A stretch of 63,267 bases of DNA, the filler included, from Octopus bimaculoides (Eukaryota): assembly GCF_001194135.2 (NCBI RefSeq). It is 5 parts of 4 records of this genome, joined end to end, with 100 filler letters (N's around TTAATTAATTAA, not from the genome) between each part and the next. Parts side by side here need not be neighbours in the genome. Positions count along the whole stretch, not along the records: positions 29,563 to 55,719 come from NC_068999.1; positions 55,820 to 59,592 come from NC_068986.1; positions 59,693 to 61,872 come from NW_026357037.1; positions 61,973 to 63,267 come from NW_026360181.1; 1 more part is not named here. One strand, written 5' to 3'. Shown piece after piece: positions 53,736 to 63,267 of this stretch. The notes below the pieces were generated by a model that made no database searches, was not told where the DNA came from, and was given only the letters and a program-made list of their open reading frames with translations. The position numbers were made by a program, and so were the translations under genes. The stretch's first letter is position 1; each line of letters opens with the position of its first letter.

Positions 53736-55507
53736 TATTTTTCTTCTTACTTTCCCCTTACATTTCCACGTGTAGTTTCTATTTTGTTTTTGTAACATAT
53801 TTCTATTACTTGACCTGAAGAAAATTCTAACTGACCCCCCCCCCACCTGCAAGTTCATGCACTGTTTATCTTGATATGAGATCACCATGTCAGGCACATA
53901 GGATTGCGATGCATGTGTCTGGTGTACCCTTATCAGACGGGTATATATATCATATATACACACATTTATAAATTAATATACGTATATGCTGATGTATAGA
54001 CTTACACACACACACACACACACACATTATCGTCAACATCATCATAATTGCTATTATTATTATTTTTATCAACATGATGCTATCTGTTCATCACAGTATA
54101 GGAATATTTCAATGAGATCTTTTCATATTCTTTATATTAAATGTGCAAACACAAATTGAAGAATTTTATACAGATAAAAGTAAATAGCTATTAGCATACA
54201 TCATACACATACAGCACTATATATCTAACTAGACATAAATATACGCTGAAAGGACAGAAAAAAGAAACATATTTGTCAATGATTAATATTATCTTCGCTT
54301 TTCGGCTAGCACGTGAGACAGATTTTGACCTATTTCGGTATTATTTTGACCTCATCAGCGAAGCGTTGCCATCAACGTACTTTCTGAAGAAAAGATGAAA
54401 GCATACGTATATAAGTTTATAAGACTATGATTTTCTAAGCGCGAGAAAATAAAATTTAGAAATTAAGAATACACAGATTATTAAAAAGTTTACTGGCAGT
54501 AAGTGAATAGATGGATAACTCTCTCTCTCTCGTGCATACATACAAATAGTAATTAATGGGTCTTATCCTGGTAATGAGTAGACAGTCTTCCATCTAGGAT
54601 TGTTTAACCTCAACAATAATTCAGGAAGCAAGATATATAACTTCAATGATACCGTGCAAACGGAAGATCAAAATGATGCAAAAAGAAGCGGGTCTTCTCT
54701 TTAAAACTCACTGATGAGTTTCGAGCTAGTTATATCTCATTAGCGAAGCATATTCCACTCAGCAAAGCTTTAAAATTTTCAATATATATGTAGACAAATA
54801 AAGATAATGCGATAACGCATCTGCAAAAGAGCTGATGGAAATAGTAAAAAAAAAGAAAAATGAATATCGTAACAGCCAAATTTCTCTCAAATCACACGCT
54901 TCTATTTAACTTCCTCTCAGTATTCCAGAGAAGATGAAAGAGTAACTGGAGGAGGAAAAAGCAAAGAGTTTGTCGTCACGCAAACGCACCGCCGCCATCA
55001 TCAACGCCAGATTTCTCTCTATCCATTTATGTTCACGGCTGTTTTTTGCATTTTTTATCCCCTGTTTATTTCATCATTTGGAAGAAAACGAAGGAATAAA
55101 TGAAAGATAGTTGATAACGTAGAGTGTAGTTCTCGTTACGTTGTGTTTGCGTGATAAGAGAAAAAAGAAACAAAATTGAATGTTCATAACGAGAACGTGT
55201 TTTAATCATATCTATCTCCATTAGAGTTGAACTGCAACTGACAACAAGAACAACAACAAGCAGTCACAAACAAACAAGAAGAAACTAAACAGGATAGATT
55301 GTACGACTTCTTAAACGTCCAATTAATCATTTTTATTTTACGATAACACAATTAAAAATACCCCATGCTGTTCAGTGGACGGAATTTTCGGTTACTTAAT
55401 TAGTTTGTTAGTTACAAAGACAGGTAGTTGCAACGATACTTCCGGTCTAATCAGGAAGGTTCGATAAAACGTAAATCACCGCACAAGCACTCATAAACAC
55501 ACAAGCA

Positions 55508-55544
<37 letters not shown>

Positions 55545-55819
55545 GCACATACATGCAACACACATACACACACACAAACATACACAAACACTCAAAAATA
55601 GACACACATACACACAGAAAGACACACGCATACACACGAACATTTATACACAAACACTCTCAAAAACAGAAACACATACACACACACATACACACGCACA
55701 CAAATACACATGCATACACNNNNNNNNNNNNNNNNNNNNNNNNNNNNNNNNNNNNNNNNNNNNTTAATTAATTAANNNNNNNNNNNNNNNNNNNNNNNNN
55801 NNNNNNNNNNNNNNNNNNN

Positions 55820-55856
<37 letters not shown>

Positions 55857-55881
55857 CACATTCTCATTTTTATATATATAG

Positions 55882-55916
<35 letters not shown>

Positions 55917-56912
55917 TGTATATATGCATGTATGTATGTTTGTATGTATGTATGTATGTGTGTATGTATATGCAGCGGATGTATTTTTTAATTTATGAGC
56001 TATGTCTCGTATTATGTATGTTATGGTATATAATTTGGAAGGGTATATAACATGCTTAGCATATATTTTACAAAATACCTTAACTTAATATTCACAAATT
56101 TTACCTTAAATTTTTATCGCACATTATTGTTAGATTTGATTATAAATCCTATATATTTTATATGTATATACGTATGAATATATATGCATAAGTAATATAC
56201 ATATATATATACATATATATATATATATANNNNNNNNNNNNNNNNNNNNNNNNNNNNNNNNNNNNNNNNNNNNNNNNNNNNNNNNNNNNNNNNNNNNNNN
56301 NNNNNNNNNNNNNNNNNNNNNNNNNNNNNNNNNNNNNNNNNNNNNNNNNNNNNNNNNNNNNNNNNNNNNNNNNNNNNNNNNNNNNNNNNNNNNNNNNNNN
56401 NNNNNNNNNNNNNNNNNNNNNNNNNNNNNNNNNNNNNNNNNNNNNNNNNNNNNNNNNNNNNNNNNNNNNNNNNNNNNNNNNNNNNNNNNNNNNNNNNNNN
56501 NNNNNNNNNNNNNNNNNNNNNNNNNNNNNNNNNNNNNNNNNNNNNNNNNNNNNNNNNNNNNNNNNNNNNNNNNNNNNNNNNNNNNNNNNNNNNNNNNNNN
56601 NNNNNNNNNNNNNNNNNNNNNNNNNNNNNNNNNNNNNNNNNNNNNNNNNNNNNNNNNNNNNNNNNNNNNNNNNNNNNNNNNNNNNNNNNNNNNNNNNNNN
56701 NNNNNNNNNNNNNNNNNNNNNNNNNNNNNNNNNNNNNNNNNNNNNNNNNNNNNNNNNNNNNNNNNNNNNNNNNNNNNNNNNNNNNNNNNNNNNNNNNNNN
56801 NNNNNNNNNNNNNNNNNNNNNNNNNNNNNNNNNNNNNNNNNNNNNNNNNNNNNNNNNNNNNNNNNNNNNNNNNNNNNNNNNNNNNNNNNNNNNNNNNNNN
56901 NNNNNNNNNNNN

Positions 56913-56952
<40 letters not shown>

Positions 56953-57384
56953 ACACACACATGCACACATACACACACATAAAAACGTATATAAAACAGA
57001 ACGAAAAATGAGAGATTGCGTATCGGATATTTAGTTACACAACTTTACGTTCGCAATCGTTGATTCTGTCTACATTGCTACAATCCAATAACATAATTTA
57101 CATTATGCAACTAATAATCACGTCATGTTAATGAAACGTACGTAATGAAACTTTCATATTTTGTTTTATAATTTACACCCAAATCTCAAGCTCGTAGCAA
57201 ATAATACAAATGCAATATCATGAACGAGAATATACTTGGAGTTCCAGATACTTGTTATTTGTTGTGCGATTTAGTTTAATTTACACTAAATGAATCATCC
57301 ATCTATCTAACTCTCACTCTCTCCCTCTCCCCCTTTCCTCCCCCTCTGTCTTTCTTTATACACGCACACACACACACATATATA

Positions 57385-57515
57385 TATACTATCTTTTACT
57401 TGCTTCGTTTGTTAGTCTTCCGCCATGCTAGGTTACTGCCTTGAAGAATTTTATTCCAAAGAATCGGCCCCAGTACTTATTACACACACACACACATACA
57501 CACACACACACGCAT

Positions 57516-57562
<47 letters not shown>

Positions 57563-57745
57563 TACATAGATACATACACACACATGTATTAGGCAGGTTT
57601 CGTTCAGTTTCCCTCAACGAAATCCACTCACAAGAATTTGGTCGGCCTAAGTCTATAGTAGAATACACTTGTCCAAGGTGCTACGCAATGGAACTGAAAC
57701 CGGAACCATGTGGGTGGGTAGCAAACCTCTTACCACATAGCCTTG
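57385..57745 (-). mobile_element. SINE family B, degraded, with expanded internal (CA)n
   Basis: Tail fragment (ccatgctagg...ccccagtactta), then (CA)n, then head (cagtttcc...aaatccactcacaag...acacttgtccaaggtgctacgcaatgg...cttaccacatagcc). Confidence 0.8.
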
Positions 57746-58122
57746 TCTCCTCCTATACATATTAAAACAAAGACTGGATAGTTTGGCAAATGTCTAATTC
57801 CTTGTTTCGCGTGTTTCATTACAGTATAGGAAATGCATTATGAATATAATATCAATATCAGTAATACAATAATATTATAAATATAAAATTAGAAATATTG
57901 CATTTCTAAATCTCTCAGAGATTGCTCTTCATCAGTCTAAAGTAGCTTGGCTTGCTAGCTGTCGATGCTTATTCGCCTTTGAAAACTTATAGAATTTCAA
58001 GTGAAATAAATTCACTGATCTACAAAATTAGAAATATTGCATTTCCAAATCTCTCAGAGGGACTTATACAGTAGCAGCACAATAAAGTAATGCTTTGTAG
58101 CCAACTTAATGTGTCAATTTGC

Positions 58123-58165
58123 TTCAGACTGATGAAGAGCAATTATTCTGAAACTAGTCTCTGGA
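58123..58165 (+). ncRNA. Minimal type I hammerhead ribozyme (predicted), cleavage after GUC at C58159
   Basis: ttcaga-CTGATGA-agag[caatta]ttct-GAAA-C-ta-GTC-tctgga. Stem I ttcaga/tctgga (6 bp, one G.U), stem II 4 bp, canonical core, palindromic ACTAGT at stem III. Confidence 0.8.
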
Positions 58166-58553
58166 TGCAAGCTTTGTTAAGTGGAGGTGCTTATCTCCCC
58201 TGTTTGAAAACTTAAGGACACAGAACGCTTGTGTCACAGAGCCAACTGGAAACGATGTTTCCTGGGGCTAAATAGCAGTAGCATTCTTCCTTTTCTTGGG
58301 ACTGCCACATTAAGTTGGCAACAAACCATCATATTATAAATATAATAAATTCGTAATAGATCCTATCTCCTCTCATCACTCAACGAACTTTTACGGATTC
58401 TCTGCCTGAACTTTCTACTATCGTACACTTCAGCTGCACCTACTCCTGCCCATGGATTACACTGGACTCCGCTGTTGATAAAAAACATGTATATGGATCA
58501 CCTATCCGTAATACTTCTAAGATTCATGAGGACTCGCCTTGTATCATAATCCC

Positions 58554-58598
<45 letters not shown>

Positions 58599-58602
58599 TT
58601 CA

Positions 58603-58996
58603 TCTATTTATCCTGCTTCAGGCATTTGACTGTGGCCATGCTGGGGCACCACATTGGAGGGTTTTAGTTGAACAAATCGTACCTCGGGATTATGTTTTTT
58701 TAAAGCCTGGTACTTATTCTATTGGTAACTTTTGCCAAACCGCTAAGTTACAGGGACATCAACACACCAACACCGATTGTCAAGCGGTGGTGGGGGACAA
58801 GCACAGACACAAACACACACACGTAGATATATACATATACATTTATACGACGAGTTTCCTTTAGTTTCCATCTACCATGTCCGCTCACAAGGCTTTGGTC
58901 GGCCCGAGACTATATTAGAAGACACCTGGCGAAGGTGCCACGCAATGGGACTGAACCGGATTCATGTGATTGGGAAGTAAGCTTCTTACCACACAG
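58603..58996 (-). mobile_element. SINE family B, full bipartite copy
   Basis: catttgactgtggccatgctggggcacc...gattgtcaagcggtgg...(CA/TA)...ctcacaaggctttggtcggcccgag...ggtgccacgcaatgggactgaacc...gcttcttaccacacag. Confidence 0.9.
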
Positions 58997-59040
58997 TTTC
59001 CATGACAGCTTCGTATATATCGGGTTTTGTTTTAATAGTT

Positions 59041-59390
59041 AGGCCAAGTCTTTTCCAAACCTTGTGATGAAAACGACGAATGGCAGACTTGGCTTTTGGT
59101 AGCCTTGCATTCACTTCCTCATCAATGTGAACACTTCTTGACAGTGTACTTCCAAAGTAGATGTATCTCTACAGCTTGGAGAGGTTGATTGTTGACTGTC
59201 AGGAATGGTTCAACGTAAGGTTTTCCATATTTGACTTTGGTCTTTTGAAACTGGCTGTGAGACCGAAGTTATCACACTCCGAAGCAAAGTTCTCCAAGCT
59301 CTGTCAAAGAACTAGTTTAGAGTTTGCATTCAGAGCACAGTCGTCCGCAAAAAGAAGTTCCCTTGTAACAGTGATCCTGGTTTTGTTTTT
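59041..59390 (-). mobile_element. RTE-clade LINE reverse transcriptase fragment
   Basis: ITVTRELLFADDCALNANS...LENFASECDNFGLT...YFGSTLSRSVHIDEEVNARLPKAKSA...KVWKRLG, the RTE LFADDCAL and YLGSTLS..IDDEV..RI.KA motifs, with stops and frameshifts. Confidence 0.9.
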
Positions 59391-59560
59391 TTGATAACTC
59401 ACTTAATGCATTTATGCACCTTTTCCTTTTCTTTCACTCTGATTTCTCCGATCTATCTATCTCTCTCCCACCTCTCTCTCTCTGCTACTATTCAAATTCA
59501 AGAACAACCTCTTCCGTTATATATACATATTTGTATGTCTGTATGTGTGTGTGTGTGTGG

Positions 59561-59592
<32 letters not shown>

Positions 59593-59692
59593 NNNNNNNN
59601 NNNNNNNNNNNNNNNNNNNNNNNNNNNNNNNNNNNNTTAATTAATTAANNNNNNNNNNNNNNNNNNNNNNNNNNNNNNNNNNNNNNNNNNNN

Positions 59693-59850
59693 TTGTCCCC
59701 TCTGTGTGTAGCCCCCTGTGGGCAATAAAGAAATAAGAAACTATGCCAAAACAGACAGTGGAACCAGGGGCAGGCCTCCGGCTTGCTAGGTCCTGTTAAG
59801 TCATCCAACCCATGCCAGTACGGAAAACAGATGTTAGATGATGCTGTTTG

Positions 59851-59881
<31 letters not shown>

Positions 59882-59895
59882 AATGATGATGATGA
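59693..59895 (+). mobile_element. SINE family A tail fused to an RTE-type 3' tail ending in (GAT)n
   Basis: ttgtcccctctgtgtgtagccccctgtgggcaataaagaaataagaaa, then ctatgccaaa...catccaacccatgccagtacggaaa..gatgttagatgatg...(gat)n. Confidence 0.75.
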
Positions 59896-61091
59896 TATAT
59901 ATGCACACACATACATACACACACACACACAAACACAACACACACAAACACATGCACATACACACACACAGACAAACACATACACACACGCAGAATTATT
60001 GTGGAGCTGATTATTTCATGGTTTGAAAGCTGGTAGGAATTAATGCCATCGTTGGCATTAATGACTTTACGTTTACATACTTAAATATGAATAAACGAAA
60101 GATGAATAGCTTTCAATGAGAAACAGAATTTCTTTGTGATGTTTCCTGTTCATTTCATGTTGGAGTGTTGTAACCATAGGCAGAAATATATGCGTGCTTT
60201 CTCTGTCACTACAAAGTGCATTGTGTGGAAGTTGAGTAGGATATTTGTTAGACATCTTGGAGTGAAAAATGTAATACATGCTCACACACACAACTATGTA
60301 AATATATGCAAATATTACATATGTATGAGAACACCTTCGTATGTATAAACATATACCTGTGTATACACACACGCATATATATATATATATATATATANNN
60401 NNNNNNNNNNNNNNNNNNNNNNNNNNNNNNNNNNNNNNNNNNNNNNNNNNNNNNNNNNNNNNNNNNNNNNNNNNNNNNNNNNNNNNNNNNNNNNNNNNNN
60501 NNNNNNNNNNNNNNNNNNNNNNNNNNNNNNNNNNNNNNNNNNNNNNNNNNNNNNNNNNNNNNNNNNNNNNNNNNNNNNNNNNNNNNNNNNNNNNNNNNNN
60601 NNNNNNNNNNNNNNNNNNNNNNNNNNNNNNNNNNNNNNNNNNNNNNNNNNNNNNNNNNNNNNNNNNNNNNNNNNNNNNNNNNNNNNNNNNNNNNNNNNNN
60701 NNNNNNNNNNNNNNNNNNNNNNNNNNNNNNNNNNNNNNNNNNNNNNNNNNNNNNNNNNNNNNNNNNNNNNNNNNNNNNNNNNNNNNNNNNNNNNNNNNNN
60801 NNNNNNNNNNNNNNNNNNNNNNNNNNNNNNNNNNNNNNNNNNNNNNNNNNNNNNNNNNNNNNNNNNNNNNNNNNNNNNNNNNNNNNAGCACGTGGTTGGA
60901 TAATACAATGTTGATATACCAAAAAAATTTATAACATTTTTCTGACATAATTTAAATATATACTTTAACCATGTAACACAAGCCTTCTGTAGTTTTTTCA
61001 CTCTTATTATCTTTTATACATATATATATATACATACATACATACATATATATTTATACATACATACATACAGATATATACATACATAAAA

Positions 61092-61270
61092 GCACCCACT
61101 ACACTCTCTGAGTGGTTGGCGTTAGGAAGGGCATCCAGCTGTAGAAACTCTGCCAAATCAGATTGGAGCCTGGTATTGCCATCCGGTTTAACCAGTCCTC
61201 AGTCAAATCGTCCAACCCATGCTAGCATGGAAAGCGGACATTAAACGATGATGATGATGATGATGATGAT
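61092..61270 (+). mobile_element. RTE-type 3' tail (SINE or LINE end) with (GAT)n terminus
   Basis: gagtggttggcgttaggaagggcatccagctgtagaaactctgccaaa...gtccaacccatgctagcatggaaagcggacattaaac(gat)n. Confidence 0.8.
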
Positions 61271-61615
61271 ATATATATATATATACATACATATGTGCAT
61301 ACATACAGACATATATATATCCAAGTTTGTATGATTGTGCATAGAAGAATATACATTACTCAATGAAATTCCAACACAGTCTGATTTTCGTGTTTTGCTA
61401 TTTACAATTTTGGCAATTTTACAATACCATAATAATAGAATATCATATATTTATGGTGATAAAACTAGTACTTCCATGCATTACAAAATCATCAGGGTTA
61501 TATAGCAGTAGTAAAAGAAACAGCTGTAAGGGGTGATAATTAATTTGCTGTTAATAATGAACAATCATTAACTTCTCAATCTCGATTTTTTTCTCTCTTC
61601 TTTTATATATATATG

Positions 61616-61663
<48 letters not shown>

Positions 61664-61674
61664 TATATATATAC

Positions 61675-61840
61675 AGGTGCAGGCATGGCTGTGTGGTAAG
61701 AAGGTTGCTTCCCAACCACATGGTTCTGGGTTCAGTCCCACTGCGTGGCACCTTGGGCAAGTGTCTTCTACTATAGCCTCGGGCCGACCAAAGCCTTGTG
61801 AGTGGATTTGGTAGACGGAAACTGAAAGAAGCCCGTCGTA

Positions 61841-61845
<5 letters not shown>
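61675..61845 (+). mobile_element. SINE family B 5' half, well preserved
   Basis: ggcatggctgtgtggtaag (A-box), gggttcagtccc (B-box), ggcaccttgggcaagtgtctt (CORE-like), ending gaagcccgtcgtatatatg before (TA)n and a gap. Confidence 0.9.
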
Positions 61846-61871
<26 letters not shown>

Positions 61872-62374
61872 GNNNNNNNNNNNNNNNNNNNNNNNNNNNN
61901 NNNNNNNNNNNNNNNNTTAATTAATTAANNNNNNNNNNNNNNNNNNNNNNNNNNNNNNNNNNNNNNNNNNNNAAGGCGATAATAAAACCTATGATCGTAA
62001 TACAGAGAAAATTTTATCGTGGGGTACTGTGCGTGATTGTTTATAAACAATATTGTTATGTTGTATAAAGATAAAATTTAAGATTATCAAAAATGATATC
62101 ATAACCAAAATAGCTAAAATGTGTATATATATATCAATTTTCAACATTAAAAATGAAAGCTTTCATAGAATCAGTTTAATATTCATTCATGTACTTTATT
62201 CTTTACTTATTAGGTGATTTCTATAAAGACTGCTCTGGGCATTTACTTATGAAATGCTGGATAGATAAGCATGATATCCATATATTAATTACAAGCCAAG
62301 AATCAGAAAAAATAAAGATGTGTACAGATACACACACATATTTATCTATGTGCACACATGCACATATACACAAG

Positions 62375-62629
62375 TATTTATACGTTTATATGGATATAGT
62401 ATAACCATCTCGCATAGACTTAAGTAGCTAATAAGTATCTATTTACGAACAAGAAAGATAACAATTCATAAGGGATAAGAAGTTAAGACGCTATGCTCAT
62501 ATATGCATATATATGCATGTACAAATATTTATACGCTGGTATGGATATAGTATAACCATCTCGCATAGACTTAGTAGCTGAAAAATCTCTATTTAAGAGC
62601 AGTAACAACTTTAAGGGATAAAACGTTAA
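62375..62629. repeat. Imperfect direct duplication, about 110-bp unit, about 150-bp period
   Basis: tatggatatagtataaccatctcgcatagactt is identical in both copies; flanks are diverged. Confidence 0.9.
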
Positions 62630-63009
62630 TAGGTAAGGATATCAAAGTAAGAAAACAAAATAATAAGAATTTATAGAAAATGATATGAAATATATATAAC
62701 TTACGTTTAAAAAGACAGAGTATTAAAATTTGAAGTATGAAAGAGGTAAAGGTAACCCTAAAAGAGGAGGCAACAGGTACGATGAAGTCAGACTAACTAG
62801 ACAGGAGTTTTCATGGGATAATAATTACATACATCACACTATATAACATAACATATAGCTTGTAACTTATGCAATGTAATTTAATTCACCATATAACTCA
62901 ATCTACCATGATTTTATTATATATAATACTAGAGGGTAAGTTTACAACAGATACGACAGCAAAATTTATTTCCACCATCAAAGTATAGCACCTATAATCG
63001 CTAATTTCG

Positions 63010-63190
63010 AAAATACATAAACGTACGGGTGACGCTATGTACGCATGATACCCTGAGGTCTAATCTATTATTAATCAGGTTAGTCTCGTCCCTATACTTA
63101 AAAAGCTCGTACGTTTCCATAGAGCACAGATCACATCCGTATCGACTATCTCTATAAGGCTTCACTTTCCGTATTATATTCCTTTTTAAC
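63010..63190 (-). mobile_element. Second PLE GIY-YIG endonuclease C-terminal fragment
   Basis: NIIRKVKPYRDSRYGCDLCSMETY...NLINNRLDLRVSCVH has the same W/N.I...KPY..CxLC..E...LN.R.E...C.H pattern as the fragment at 11490. Confidence 0.75.
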
Positions 63191-63267
63191 GCTATATAAA
63201 CAAAGATATATATGTACATATACTTATATATACATATATACATATATATTCATATATATATATATAT

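Overview
AT-rich animal genomic DNA with about 28 large N gaps (roughly 18% of the window), most of them next to (TA)n, (CA)n, (GA)n or (TTC)n microsatellites. The repeat families and general texture suggest an octopus genome (inference). I can support no host protein-coding gene, tRNA gene, rRNA or CRISPR array; nearly all long ORFs in the track are artefacts of microsatellites or N runs. The window contains: (1) three tRNA-headed SINE families (A, B, C; my labels) and RTE-type 3' tails; (2) decayed LINE reverse-transcriptase remnants (RTE, CR1-group); (3) three Penelope-like element (PLE) fragments, one RT and two GIY-YIG endonuclease; (4) a decayed Tc1/mariner transposase with 36 residues between the second catalytic D and the E position; (5) a probable Helentron-associated non-autonomous element end. 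Best leads: a structurally complete minimal type I hammerhead ribozyme at 58123-58165 inside a cassette of direct and inverted repeats, several related variant or decayed hammerhead motifs elsewhere, and a perfect 53-bp-arm hairpin at 2147-2264. All translations and alignments were done by eye and no database was searched.
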